Shown here piece by piece: positions 10,549 through 20,215 of a DNA stretch of 64,000 bases (position 1 is the stretch's first letter; the number at the start of each line of letters is the position of its first letter). Made by a program: the position numbers and the translations under genes. Source of the stretch: Flavobacteriaceae bacterium UBA5534. GTDB taxonomy: Bacteria; Bacteroidota; Bacteroidia; Flavobacteriales; Flavobacteriaceae. The notes beneath the pieces were generated by a model, which worked only from the letters and a program-made list of their open reading frames with translations, was not told where the DNA came from and searched no databases. The stretch spans positions 38,513-102,512 of the forward strand of contig DINS01000021.1 in the NCBI GenBank assembly GCA_002426015.1, given 5' to 3'.

Positions 10549-10556
10549 TACATTTG
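10549..10556 (+). promoter_or_regulatory. Bacteroidetes -7 box TACATTTG upstream of the SPOR gene
   Basis: Perfect TAnnTTTG 20 nt before the ATG at 10576. The nearest upstream TTTG (10521) is 24 nt away, which is long. Confidence 0.35.
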
Positions 10557-10575
10557 TATAAAATTAAAAATAGTT

Positions 10576-10959
10576 ATGATAAAACCATGTTTTAAAGTCG
10601 TTTTTATTTGCCTGATAGTCATTGGGTTTTCGGTGAAAGCACAAGCACAGGAAGGTCGCGTGATTATTGACCAAGATAAAGACATCGAAAAATTATTGGA
10701 GTTTAAAAAAGATATAAAAACGGTTGATTTATATAAAATCAGAGTGTTTTCTGGCGATCGAAGCAGTGCAGAGTACACAAAAAGCCAAGTGACCAGTCTT
10801 TATGGTGATTGGCCAATTGCAATGGAATATGAAACACCTAATTATAAAATATATGTTGGCGCATTCAGAACCCGATTGGAAGCTGACAGAGCATTATTGA
10901 AGGTTAAGAAGAGCTACCCTGGAGCTTTGATACTGTTCTTTAAAAAAGAACGTAATTGA
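10576..10959 (+). CDS. SPOR domain-containing protein
   Basis: 127 aa. Signal peptide, then a SPOR-like C-terminus (YKIYVGAFRTRLEADRALLKVKKSYPGA). Confidence 0.6.
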   Translation: MIKPCFKVVFICLIVIGFSVKAQAQEGRVIIDQDKDIEKLLEFKKDIKTVDLYKIRVFSGDRSSAEYTKSQVTSLYGDWPIAMEYETPNYKIYVGAFRTRLEADRALLKVKKSYPGALILFFKKERN

Positions 10960-10980
10960 TTTCTAGAACCAATTTTACAT

Positions 10981-11011
10981 AAAAAAAGCGACCAAATTGG
11001 TCGCTTTTTTT
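10981..11011. terminator. bidirectional intrinsic terminator between the SPOR gene and infB
   Basis: aaaaaaaGCGACCAaattTGGTCGCttttttt. Perfect 7-bp stem flanked by an A-run and a T-run. Confidence 0.8.
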
Positions 11012-11050
11012 GTTGTTCCCGACTTTGCTCGAGCTGACAGTTGTTTTTAA

Positions 11051-13786
11051 TTATTTCAATTTCTTTTTTACCTCAACCTCATGGAATGCCTCTATAACGT
11101 CATCAACTTGAATATCGTTGTAGTTTTTAATTTGCATACCACAATCGTATCCTTTAGCAACTTCTTTAACATCATCCTTGAATCGTTTAAGCGACGATAA
11201 CTCTCCTGTATAGATCACAACGCCTTCTCTGATTAAACGAATATTTGAGTTTCTAAATATTTTACCATTGGTAACCATACAGCCTGCAATGGTTCCAATT
11301 TTAGACACTTTAAAGATTTCTCTGATTTCTGCGGTACCTGTAATCTCTTCCTTAAGTTCTGGAGACAACATACCTTCCATGGCATCTTTAAGGTCATTGA
11401 TGGCATCGTAGATAATCGAGTACATTCTGATATCGATTTCTTCTTTATCAGCAATTTGACGTGCATTGCCCATTGGTCTAACGTTAAATCCGATAATAAT
11501 CGCATCTGACGCAGTAGCCAATAACACATCACTTTCTGTAATTGCACCAACACCTTTATGAATAATATTTACTTGAATTTCTTCAGTCGATAATTTTTGG
11601 AATGAATCTGTCAATGCCTCCACAGAACCATCCACATCACCTTTAAGAATGATGTTCAATTCTTGGAAATCACCAAGTGCTATACGACGTCCAATCTCAT
11701 CAAGAGTGATATGACGTTGTGTTCTTACCGATTGCTCACGTTGTAATTGTGTGCGCTTTGCAGCAATTTGTTTTGCTTCACGTTCGTCTTCAAATACGCT
11801 GAACTTATCACCTGCTTGTGGTGCACCATCCAAACCTAATATAGATACAGGAGTCGATGGGCCTGCAGATTTTACATTGTTGCCACGTTCATCGTGCATA
11901 GCACGAACTTTACCGCTGTTCTTTCCTGCAAGTACATAATCACCTACATTCAAAGTTCCGGCTTGCACCAATATGGTTGACACATAACCACGACCTTTAT
12001 CAAGGAAAGCCTCAACAACAGTACCACTTGCGTGTTTATTTGGGTTTGCTTGAAGTTCTAACAATTCGGCTTCGAGCAATACTTTTTCTAATAATTCTTT
12101 AACTCCTTGCCCAGTTTTTGCAGATATGTCGTGTGATTGGATTTTTCCTCCCCAATCTTCAACCAATAAATTCATGTTAGCTAATCCTTCTTTTACTTTT
12201 TCTGGATTTGCCCCTGGTTTATCGATTTTGTTAATTGCAAAAATGATTGGCACATTGGCTGCTTGTGCATGGGCAATGGCCTCTTTTGTTTGTGGCATGA
12301 TAGCATCATCGGCAGCAATCACAATAATTGCCAAATCGGTTACTTGTGCACCACGAGCACGCATCGCTGTGAAGGCTTCGTGACCTGGTGTGTCTAGGAA
12401 GGCGATTTTTTGACCTCCTTCTAATTGCACTCCATAAGCACCAATATGTTGGGTGATACCTCCTGATTCACCTGCAATTACATTCTCTTGACGAATATAA
12501 TCGAGAAGTGATGTTTTACCATGATCGACGTGACCCATCACAGTAACGATTGGTGCACGAGGTTTTAAGTCTTCAGGCTTATCTTCTACTTCTTCAATAT
12601 TATCTTCTAAATCGGAAGTGACAAATTCTACTTCATAGCCGAATTCATCAGCTACAACAGATAACGTTTCTGCATCGAGACGCTGGTTCATCGTTACCAT
12701 CATACCCAACGACATACATGCAGAAATAATTTGTGTTACTGGAACATCCATCATCGTGGCGACTTCACTTGCAGTAACAAACTCAGTTACTTTTAAGATT
12801 TTGCTGTCTGCTTCTTGTTGTTCAAGATCTTTTTCTGACTGTTGACGGTGTTGGTCTCTTTTATCTCTTCTGTATTTTGCACCTTTTCCTTTAGATGACT
12901 TGCCTTGAAGCTTTTCAAGTGTTTCTCTAACTTGCTTTTGAACTTCGGCTTCACTTGGTTCTTCTTTTACGGTACTTGTACGTTTGCCGCCTTGGGTTTT
13001 TCCTCTGAAGTTTCCTTTTTGGTTATCTCTATTGTTTGAGAAATTAGGTTTGGAATCGCCTCCTGCTGCCGGCCCTTTGCTTATACGGCGTCTTTTCTTT
13101 TTGTTAGCGTCGTTAGCATCTGTTTTTTTCTCTTCCTTTTTCTTTTTTGGTTTATTGAATTGAGATAAATCGATTTTTTCTCCCGCAATTTTAGGCCCTG
13201 AAAGCTTTTGGTATTTTGTTTTTAAAGTTTCATCCTCTTCTTCCTCAACTTTTGTGGTTTCGGTTTTTGGTGATTCTTTAGGTTTTTCAACTTTAGGCTG
13301 TTCTGTTTTTGGTTCTGTGTCCTGCTCTGTTTTTACCTCCACTTTTGGTTTTTCGGTCTCAACAGGTTTTTTCACTTCTGGTTCGACAGCTTTTTCTTCA
13401 ACCTTTGGTTCTTCTTTTTTTGGCTCTGGTTTTGTTGGGTTCAAATCTATTTTCCCAACTTGTTTAGGGCCACTCAACTCTGCTTTGGCTTTTACAACTT
13501 GCTTGCTTGCTTCTTCACGTTTGTGTTTTTCTTCAAGCTCACGCTCACGTTGCTCGCGCAATTCTTCCTTTTCTTTGAGTTTTGCCTCACTGACTTCTTG
13601 GGATTCAGCCTTTTTGTTGGCATCCGTCTGAAATTCGTTAGAAAGAATCGTGTGAACTTCCTCTGATATTTTGGTATTAGGACTTTTCTCCACGTTGACG
13701 CCTTTTGATTCTAAAAAATCAATAGCACGATCAATGGAAATGTTGAGTTCGCGTAATACCTTATTTAATCTAATTGTATCAGCCAT
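11051..13786 (-). CDS. infB: translation initiation factor IF-2
   Basis: 911 aa. GTPase motifs [13 protein letters not shown] and NKID. K/E/P-rich N-terminal region. Downstream of nusA. Confidence 0.97.
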   Translation of the reverse strand: MADTIRLNKVLRELNISIDRAIDFLESKGVNVEKSPNTKISEEVHTILSNEFQTDANKKAESQEVSEAKLKEKEELREQRERELEEKHKREEASKQVVKAKAELSGPKQVGKIDLNPTKPEPKKEEPKVEEKAVEPEVKKPVETEKPKVEVKTEQDTEPKTEQPKVEKPKESPKTETTKVEEEEDETLKTKYQKLSGPKIAGEKIDLSQFNKPKKKKEEKKTDANDANKKKRRRISKGPAAGGDSKPNFSNNRDNQKGNFRGKTQGGKRTSTVKEEPSEAEVQKQVRETLEKLQGKSSKGKGAKYRRDKRDQHRQQSEKDLEQQEADSKILKVTEFVTASEVATMMDVPVTQIISACMSLGMMVTMNQRLDAETLSVVADEFGYEVEFVTSDLEDNIEEVEDKPEDLKPRAPIVTVMGHVDHGKTSLLDYIRQENVIAGESGGITQHIGAYGVQLEGGQKIAFLDTPGHEAFTAMRARGAQVTDLAIIVIAADDAIMPQTKEAIAHAQAANVPIIFAINKIDKPGANPEKVKEGLANMNLLVEDWGGKIQSHDISAKTGQGVKELLEKVLLEAELLELQANPNKHASGTVVEAFLDKGRGYVSTILVQAGTLNVGDYVLAGKNSGKVRAMHDERGNNVKSAGPSTPVSILGLDGAPQAGDKFSVFEDEREAKQIAAKRTQLQREQSVRTQRHITLDEIGRRIALGDFQELNIILKGDVDGSVEALTDSFQKLSTEEIQVNIIHKGVGAITESDVLLATASDAIIIGFNVRPMGNARQIADKEEIDIRMYSIIYDAINDLKDAMEGMLSPELKEEITGTAEIREIFKVSKIGTIAGCMVTNGKIFRNSNIRLIREGVVIYTGELSSLKRFKDDVKEVAKGYDCGMQIKNYNDIQVDDVIEAFHEVEVKKKLK

Positions 13787-13816
13787 AAATTGCTTGTAAT
13801 ATACTTTAAATATGTG

Positions 13817-15049
13817 TTATTCTTCAAATTCTTCTTTAAGAATTCTAATAACGTCAATAATTGTTTCTTCTTCTAAATCGGTTCTTTTAACCAAATCAGC
13901 AACATCTTGTTCTAAAATGCTTTTTGCTGTATCTAATCCTGCTTTGCTAAATTCTGCAATGATCCAAGATTCTATTTCGTCAGAGAATTCAGATAATTCT
14001 ACATCTTCTTCAGCGCCTTCTCTGAATACATCTATTTCATAACCTGTCAATTGCCCAGCCAAACGTATGTTATGACCACCTCTACCTATGGCTTTTGATA
14101 CTTCTTCTGGTTTAAGCAATACTTCAGCACGTTTGGTCTCTTCATTCAATTTTACTGAAGTCACTCTCGCAGGACTCAATGCTCTTGTGATGAACAATTG
14201 AATATTGCTTGTATAGTTGATAACGTCAATGTTTTCGTTACCTAACTCACGTACAATTCCATGAATTCTAGATCCTTTCATACCAACACAAGCTCCAACT
14301 GGATCTATTCTATCGTCGTAAGAATCGACAGCTACTTTTGCTTTCTCGCCTGGAATTCTTACTACATGTTTGATGGTAATCAATCCGTCAAAAACCTCTG
14401 GTATTTCTTGTTCAAATAATTTCTCCAAGAAAATAGGAGCTGTTCTGGACATAATAATTGTTGGCTTGTTTCCTTTAAGCTCAACACTTTCGATGATTCC
14501 TCTTACATTTTCTCCTTTTCGGAAGAAATCTGAAGGAATTTGCTTTTCTTTTGGTAAAATGATTTCATTGCCCTCATCATCTAAAAGGATGATGGCTCTG
14601 TGACGAATATGATGCACTTCTGCTGTGTAAATTTCGCCAATCAAATCTTTAAATTGTTTATAGATATTGGTATTGTCGTGTTCGTGTATTTTAGAAATCA
14701 AATTTTGACGTAGCGCCAAAATAGAACGTCTTCCAAGGTCAATCAACTTTACAGCTTCGGCAACATCTTCTCCTACTTCAAAATCTGGTTCAATTTTACG
14801 TGCTTCAGATAAGGCAATTTCTTGGTTAGGCTCTTCAACTTCATCATCAGCAACGACAATTCTATTTCTCCATATTTCCAAATCCCCTTTATCTGGATTG
14901 ATAATGATATCAAAGTTATCATCATCACCATATTTCTTTTTTAGAGCGTTTCTTAATACGTCCTCTAAAATCGCCATTAACGTTACACGATCGATTAATT
15001 TATCATCTTTAAACTCTGAAAAAGAATCAATTAATGCAATATTTTCCAT
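13817..15049 (-). CDS. nusA: transcription termination/antitermination factor NusA
   Basis: 410 aa with S1/KH-like regions (VGACVGMKGSRI, AIGRGGHNIRLA). Classical rimP-nusA-infB order. Confidence 0.95.
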   Translation of the reverse strand: MENIALIDSFSEFKDDKLIDRVTLMAILEDVLRNALKKKYGDDDNFDIIINPDKGDLEIWRNRIVVADDEVEEPNQEIALSEARKIEPDFEVGEDVAEAVKLIDLGRRSILALRQNLISKIHEHDNTNIYKQFKDLIGEIYTAEVHHIRHRAIILLDDEGNEIILPKEKQIPSDFFRKGENVRGIIESVELKGNKPTIIMSRTAPIFLEKLFEQEIPEVFDGLITIKHVVRIPGEKAKVAVDSYDDRIDPVGACVGMKGSRIHGIVRELGNENIDVINYTSNIQLFITRALSPARVTSVKLNEETKRAEVLLKPEEVSKAIGRGGHNIRLAGQLTGYEIDVFREGAEEDVELSEFSDEIESWIIAEFSKAGLDTAKSILEQDVADLVKRTDLEEETIIDVIRILKEEFEE

Positions 15050-15061
15050 ACCTACTATGAA

Positions 15062-15529
15062 TTAAAATTTTATAATCACTTTTGCCTCTAAAATGTCGTC
15101 AAACGCAATTTTAGCTTGCTTATTAACTGTTATTTTACCTTTGCCCACTGGCTTTGGTTCTTTTGTTTTCCATTCTAAAAGTATTTGTTCATCACCAACT
15201 TCTGTTAGTTTGGCTTCTACTTTTACGTTGTCTTTGGCTTTTACTTGGAGCGTTCTGCCAATATTTTTTTTGTACTGTCTTTTATTTACTAAAGGTGTTG
15301 TGGCACCAGCAGATGTGACTTCAAGCGAAAAATCTTCTTCTTCAAGATCTAAATTATGCTCAATGGCTCTGCTTATAAATATACAGTCTTCGACACTCAC
15401 CCCATTATCTCCATCGATGACAACATAAATCTTGCTGTCTGATGAAATCGTAAAATCAATTAGAAAAAGATCCGGTCTTTCTTCTAATCCGTTCTCTATC
15501 AACGATTGAACTATGGTCTGATTCAGCAT
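15062..15529 (-). CDS. rimP: ribosome maturation factor RimP
   Basis: 155 aa immediately upstream of nusA. Size and position are typical. Confidence 0.85.
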   Translation of the reverse strand: MLNQTIVQSLIENGLEERPDLFLIDFTISSDSKIYVVIDGDNGVSVEDCIFISRAIEHNLDLEEEDFSLEVTSAGATTPLVNKRQYKKNIGRTLQVKAKDNVKVEAKLTEVGDEQILLEWKTKEPKPVGKGKITVNKQAKIAFDDILEAKVIIKF

Positions 15530-15540
15530 TTTTTTAGTAT

Positions 15541-15566
15541 AAAAAGAGGGGACTTTTTGTCCCCTC
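15541..15566 (-). promoter_or_regulatory. terminator-like hairpin in the rimP-nusA-infB leader (candidate attenuator)
   Basis: The minus strand reads GAGGGGACaaaaaGTCCCCTC followed by TTTTT, ending 11 nt before the rimP ATG. Confidence 0.5.
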
Positions 15567-15593
15567 GCGTTATCTTTTTTTCATACAACGCTG

Positions 15594-15626
15594 CAAATAT
15601 ACAACTTTTAAATTGATATATCCAAA
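15594..15626 (-). promoter_or_regulatory. candidate promoter of rimP-nusA-infB
   Basis: Minus strand has TTTG (15626-15623), a 21-nt spacer, then TATATTTG (15601-15594). Confidence 0.45.
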
Positions 15627-15685
15627 GGTTATAAAGTCGATTTTTATTATTAAATTTATGACAAATAAATCAACCACACCTGAAT

Positions 15686-16510
15686 ATGAAAAAAATTTTA
15701 GTTCCAACTGACTTTTCTAAAGAAGCCGAAAATGCTCTTAAAGTTGCGGCTCAACTTGCAAAAAAACACGACTGCGAAATTTATTTGTTACATATGTTAG
15801 AATTGCCTCTTCATGAGGTCGATGCTTTGAGCACACATAGTGCTTTGCCTGAAGCCATGTTTTTTATGAAACTGGCACACCAAAAGTTTGAGGACGTGAT
15901 GTCAAGCTCTTTTTTAGACGGTATCACAGTTCACGAAACCGTCAAAGCCAACAATACGTTTACAGCTGTAATAGATACATGTCATGAGCACGATGTTGAT
16001 ATGATTGTTATGGGATCACATGGGGCAAGTGGATTTAAAGAAATGTTTATTGGTTCTAATACCGAAAAAGTGGTACGCACTTCTGATATTCCTGTATTGG
16101 TTATTAAAAATGAGCATGCCAACTTTACCGTTGACAATTTTGTCTTTGCATCTGATTTTAAAAATGACAATAAAGAAACTTACAAACAAGCTGTTGATTT
16201 TGCTAAATCGTTTGATGCCAAAATACATTTGTTGATGGTCAATACACCTAACAATTTTAATACCACAGAGGTTTCCAACAAGCGCATTCGTGAGTTCATA
16301 AAAGATTATCCGTTTAATAATTTTAGCATCAATATTTATAATGATGAAACGGTAGAAAAGGGCATTTTGAATTTTTCTAAAATGATAGATGCTGATTTAA
16401 TCGGGATCAGTACTCACGGACGACAAGGTATTTCACATTTCTTCAATGGAAGTATCAGTGAAGATTTAGTGAACCATGCCAAACGTCCTGTGATTACTTT
16501 TAAAATCTAA
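15686..16510 (+). CDS. universal stress protein (tandem UspA domains)
   Basis: 274 aa. Two Usp-like halves (MKKILVPTDFS...VMGSHGASGF and ...IGISTHGRQGISHFFNGS). Confidence 0.8.
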   Translation: MKKILVPTDFSKEAENALKVAAQLAKKHDCEIYLLHMLELPLHEVDALSTHSALPEAMFFMKLAHQKFEDVMSSSFLDGITVHETVKANNTFTAVIDTCHEHDVDMIVMGSHGASGFKEMFIGSNTEKVVRTSDIPVLVIKNEHANFTVDNFVFASDFKNDNKETYKQAVDFAKSFDAKIHLLMVNTPNNFNTTEVSNKRIREFIKDYPFNNFSINIYNDETVEKGILNFSKMIDADLIGISTHGRQGISHFFNGSISEDLVNHAKRPVITFKI

Positions 16511-16530
16511 TACCCTTTTTTATAAAATGC

Positions 16531-16562
16531 AAAAAGTCTTCCTAAAAAGGAAGACTTTTTTG
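16531..16562 (+). terminator. intrinsic terminator after the usp gene
   Basis: AAGTCTTCCtaaaaAGGAAGACTT followed by tttttt. Confidence 0.8.
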
Positions 16563-16596
16563 TTGCCCTACTAGGGCTTACCTCGACTTCGCTCGG
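16561..16596 (-). pseudogene. degenerate copy of the 3' part of tRNA-Gln
   Basis: tgttgccctactagggct (16561-16578) matches tgttggcctactagggct (16673-16690) at 17 of 18 positions. Weaker similarity continues for about 18 nt more. Confidence 0.45.
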
Positions 16597-16632
16597 CATA
16601 AACTTCTCGCCCAAATTAATTCATTTTAAAGC

Positions 16633-16662
16633 AAAAAATCCCGACTTATTTCTAAATCGGGA
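16633..16662 (-). terminator. intrinsic terminator downstream of tRNA-Gln
   Basis: The minus strand reads TCCCGATTTagaaatAAGTCGGGA followed by TTTTTT. Confidence 0.7.
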
Positions 16663-16674
16663 CTTCAATTTTTG

Positions 16675-16747
16675 TTGGCCTACTAGGGCTCGAACCTAGA
16701 CTCTTCTGGACCAAAACCAGACGTGTTGCCAGTTACACCATAGGCCA
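16675..16747 (-). tRNA. tRNA-Gln (anticodon UUG)
   Basis: The reverse complement TGGCCTATGGTGTAACTGGCAACACGTCTGGTTTTGGTCCAGAAGAGTCTAGGTTCGAGCCCTAGTAGGCCAA folds as a cloverleaf. Acceptor stem is TGGCCTA/TAGGCCA, anticodon loop is TTTTGGT, and the T-loop is GGTTCGAGCC. No encoded CCA. Confidence 0.9.
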
Positions 16748-16764
16748 ATCTCTAAATGAGGATG

Positions 16765-16795
16765 CAAATTTAGTACAAAGTTTGATTTGCACAAA
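16765..16795 (-). promoter_or_regulatory. candidate promoter of tRNA-Gln
   Basis: Minus strand has TTTG (16795-16792), a 19-nt spacer, then TAAATTTG (16772-16765). The -7 box ends about 18 nt before the mature tRNA 5' end. Confidence 0.55.
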
Positions 16796-16899
16796 CATTT
16801 TTTAAAGAAAATAACATCATTTACTTAACGTTTACTTAAAAACCTTTAGACCTTATTTTTTTATTCTTAAATTCGCCACTTCTACAAAACATAGATTTT

Positions 16900-19800
16900 A
16901 TGACAAAATTCAGCTTTAAAAAATGGAATACGATTTTAGGTTGGTTCGTTTTTTTAATTTCACTTATCGTTTATGGATTAACAATTGAGCCAACGGTAAG
17001 TTTTTGGGACGCTGGCGAATATATTTTGACCTCATCAAAATTGCAAGTTGGACATCCACCAGGAGCGCCTCTGTTTCAAATGTTTGGAGCATTCTTTTCT
17101 ATGTTTGCAATAGAACCTTCACAAATTGGGATGATGCTCAACATGATGAGTGCGGTAGCAAGTGCTTTTACCATTCTGTTTATGTTTTGGACCATTACAC
17201 TACTATTAAAAAAGTTAGTTGGAACTGAAGAAAAGTTGACGCAAAACAATAAAGTAGCGATTTTAGGTAGTGCTTTAGTAGGTAGTTTGGCGTTTACATT
17301 TACTGACTCATTTTGGTTTAATGCAGTAGAGACCGAAGTGTACGCCATGGCAACATTGATCATGGCAATTCTTTTTTGGCTTGCTTTGCGATGGGAACAA
17401 GAAATGGATGAGCCACGAGGCAACCGATGGTTGGTACTGATTGCTTTTGTTATTGGGCTTTCGTTTGGGGTTCACTTTATGGGATTACTGACCATTCCTG
17501 CGATCGGACTCATTTATTACTTTAAAAACTATAAAACCATAACGGTAAAAAATTTCATTATAGCCAATTTGATTTCGGCAGCTATCCTTTTATTCATTTT
17601 CAAATTATTACTGCCTAATGCCCTGAAGATTTTCAGTGCTTCGGAAATATTTTTTGTCAATACTTTTGGGCTTCCTTTTAATTCGGGAACCATCATCGCA
17701 TTCCTCATTGTCATAGCTGCTTTTTATTTTAGTTTAAAATATACCAAAGACAAAGGCAAACAAATTGCAAACACGCTCATACTCTGCCTGATGTTCATTT
17801 TTATCGGTTTCTCATGCTGGTTGATGTTGCCTATACGTGCCAATGCCAACGTAGTCATCAATGAGAATAATCCGTCTGATGCCAGAGAGTTGCTAGCTTA
17901 CTATAATCTTGAGCAATATCCAGAAACTCACTTGTTTTACGGTCCTTTATTTACCGAACAATATACTGGACTTGATGAAAACGAGCCTTATGTTGACGAC
18001 AAGCCTAATTATGAAAAAGACTATAAAACTGGCAAATATGTCATCATAAACGATTGGAAAAATGCCAAACAAAATTATAATTCTGAACATGCGGCAATAT
18101 TGCCTAGAATGTGGAGCACCGAAAATGCCGAAAACTACATGATGTTTACTGGCTTATTGGATTTTTCCATAAAACCAGAATATCAAATGCAAAACGAATT
18201 GCGTTCAATCGTAGCTGACTTTAAAAAGAATGTAGCGGAAGGACAAGTCGATTATGAAGATTATCATAATTTCCTTAAACAATTTGGAACCTATCTTGAT
18301 GTTGAAAAACCATCCTTAATTCAGAATATTGGGTATATGTTTGAATACCAATTAGGATATATGTATTGGCGCTATTTTATGTGGAATTTTGTCGGACGCC
18401 AAGATGATATTCAAGGTAAATATGACGATTTGCATGGCAATTGGATAAGTGGTATCAAATTTATAGACGAATGGCACCTCAACATGTCTCAAGACAATCT
18501 GCCAAGTGATGTTAAAAACAACAAAGCCAGAAATACATATTATTTCTTACCATTGATATTAGGACTCATTGGATTTTTATTCTTATTGAGCAAAGACAAG
18601 AAAACCTTTTGGACGATGCTGGTCTTTTTCTTGATGACAGGACTCGCCATACAATTTTACACCAATGTAAGACCATTCGAACCTCGCGAACGCGATTATT
18701 CGGTCATTGGTTCATTTTATGTGTTTGCTATTTGGATTGGTTTTGGCGTGTATGCTATCTATGAATCCATTAAAAAATATAGTTCTTCAAATTTATTGGC
18801 TCCAGCGATTACTTTAGTTTGTTTAGTATTAGTGCCAGGCATTTTAGCTGCCAACAATTGGGATGACCACGACCGATCAAACAAAGAAACTGCACATTCA
18901 ATGGCTGTGACATATCTCGAATCGTGTGCTCCAAATGCCATTTTGTTCACTATTGGTGATAATGACAGTTTTCCTTTGTGGTATGCACAAGAGATTGAAG
19001 GTATTCGTCGCGATGTGAGAGTTATCAACACTAGTTTGTTCCAAACCGATTGGTACATCGATCAAATGAAACGTAAAGCTTACGATAGTGACCCAATCCC
19101 TTCACAATTGACACATGAGCAATATCGCTATGGGACCCGCGACTACATCATGCGACAAGAAGTCACCAAAGACACCATATCAATTAAAGATTTTATGGCC
19201 TTTGTGACAAGTGACAATCCTCGTGCCAAATTAAAGTACATATTGCAGCAACAAGGCGAAGACACAAGCGTGTATCCTAATCAGATGCTGAACTCAAATT
19301 TTTTCCCAACCAAATTTGTTAGTATTCCAGTTGACAAAGAAACTGTATTAAAAAACGGTATTGTGAAAGAAAAAGATGCCGATAAGATTGTTGATGAAAT
19401 TGTTATCGAAATAAAGGGAAGCGCACTATACAAAAACCGTTTGTTGATGTTGGATATTATTGCCAATAACAACTGGGAGCGACCAATATACTTTACAGGT
19501 GGAAGTTTTGGTGATGACGATTATATTTGGATGAAAGATTACCTTCAGCTCGATGGTTTATGTTACAAATTAGTGCCTATCAAAACACCAGTTGATAAAG
19601 CCAATCCTTTTGATATGGGACGCGTCGATAGTGATTTGATGTACGAAAAAGTCATGAAATGGCAATGGGGAAATAGCGGTACAGATATATACCATGATGT
19701 AGAAACTCGTAAAAACGGCATTACATATAGAGGGAATTTGGCTCGTTTGGTGGAGCAATTGATCAATGAAGACAAATTGGATAAAGCCGAAAAAATAGCC

Positions 19801-20208
19801 GATTTGGCTATGGAAAAAATGCCTGTGGATGATTTTGGTTTTTATACTTTATTGGAACCTTATATCAGTGCTTACTATGAAATTGGCAACAAAGAAAAGG
19901 GCAGAAAACTCTACAAAGATGTGACCAAAAAGTATCAAGAAAACCTAACCTATTACAGTGGCTTATCAGAAGATAACCAAAAGCGTTATCTAGACGAAAT
20001 AGTGACCGATATTCAACGTTATCGAAGCTTAGTTGATATTTTGGTGGTTTATAAGGACAAAGAATTTGCAACCAAAGAAACAGAGAAATTCAACAATTAT
20101 CTAAAACTGTTCAGCCGTTTTGCAGGTGATGAACCAGAGCCAGAAACCATTAGAGAAGATAGAGACCTTTCTGTTGATACGATTGATAGCATCTTAAAAT
20201 TAGAATAA
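16900..20208 (+). CDS. DUF2723-type large polytopic membrane protein (glycosyltransferase-C-like fold suspected)
   Basis: 1102 aa. About 12 N-terminal TM helices, then a large soluble C-terminal region. Family assignment is from memory of similar Bacteroidetes proteins. Confidence 0.65.
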   Translation: MTKFSFKKWNTILGWFVFLISLIVYGLTIEPTVSFWDAGEYILTSSKLQVGHPPGAPLFQMFGAFFSMFAIEPSQIGMMLNMMSAVASAFTILFMFWTITLLLKKLVGTEEKLTQNNKVAILGSALVGSLAFTFTDSFWFNAVETEVYAMATLIMAILFWLALRWEQEMDEPRGNRWLVLIAFVIGLSFGVHFMGLLTIPAIGLIYYFKNYKTITVKNFIIANLISAAILLFIFKLLLPNALKIFSASEIFFVNTFGLPFNSGTIIAFLIVIAAFYFSLKYTKDKGKQIANTLILCLMFIFIGFSCWLMLPIRANANVVINENNPSDARELLAYYNLEQYPETHLFYGPLFTEQYTGLDENEPYVDDKPNYEKDYKTGKYVIINDWKNAKQNYNSEHAAILPRMWSTENAENYMMFTGLLDFSIKPEYQMQNELRSIVADFKKNVAEGQVDYEDYHNFLKQFGTYLDVEKPSLIQNIGYMFEYQLGYMYWRYFMWNFVGRQDDIQGKYDDLHGNWISGIKFIDEWHLNMSQDNLPSDVKNNKARNTYYFLPLILGLIGFLFLLSKDKKTFWTMLVFFLMTGLAIQFYTNVRPFEPRERDYSVIGSFYVFAIWIGFGVYAIYESIKKYSSSNLLAPAITLVCLVLVPGILAANNWDDHDRSNKETAHSMAVTYLESCAPNAILFTIGDNDSFPLWYAQEIEGIRRDVRVINTSLFQTDWYIDQMKRKAYDSDPIPSQLTHEQYRYGTRDYIMRQEVTKDTISIKDFMAFVTSDNPRAKLKYILQQQGEDTSVYPNQMLNSNFFPTKFVSIPVDKETVLKNGIVKEKDADKIVDEIVIEIKGSALYKNRLLMLDIIANNNWERPIYFTGGSFGDDDYIWMKDYLQLDGLCYKLVPIKTPVDKANPFDMGRVDSDLMYEKVMKWQWGNSGTDIYHDVETRKNGITYRGNLARLVEQLINEDKLDKAEKIADLAMEKMPVDDFGFYTLLEPYISAYYEIGNKEKGRKLYKDVTKKYQENLTYYSGLSEDNQKRYLDEIVTDIQRYRSLVDILVVYKDKEFATKETEKFNNYLKLFSRFAGDEPEPETIREDRDLSVDTIDSILKLE

Positions 20209-20215
20209 TTTTCTT

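Noticed and set aside
12900-13560. Repetitive AAG/GAA/CCA-rich DNA that looks like a tandem repeat.
   Set aside because: It encodes the lysine/glutamate/proline-rich linker of IF-2 (PKVEEK, PKTEQ and similar repeats). This is a usual feature of long IF-2 proteins and not an independent element.
13254-13666. Plus-strand ORFs of 125 and 68 aa, rich in S/F/G, inside infB.
   Set aside because: These are antisense shadow ORFs of the K/E/P-rich, low-complexity N-terminal region of IF-2. Their composition simply mirrors the sense strand.
16561-16747. Considered calling this an integrated mobile element bounded by tRNA-Gln direct repeats.
   Set aside because: Only about 76 nt separate the repeats, and that span holds just a terminator hairpin. 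No integrase or cargo is present. It is reported as a scar or fragment rather than an element.
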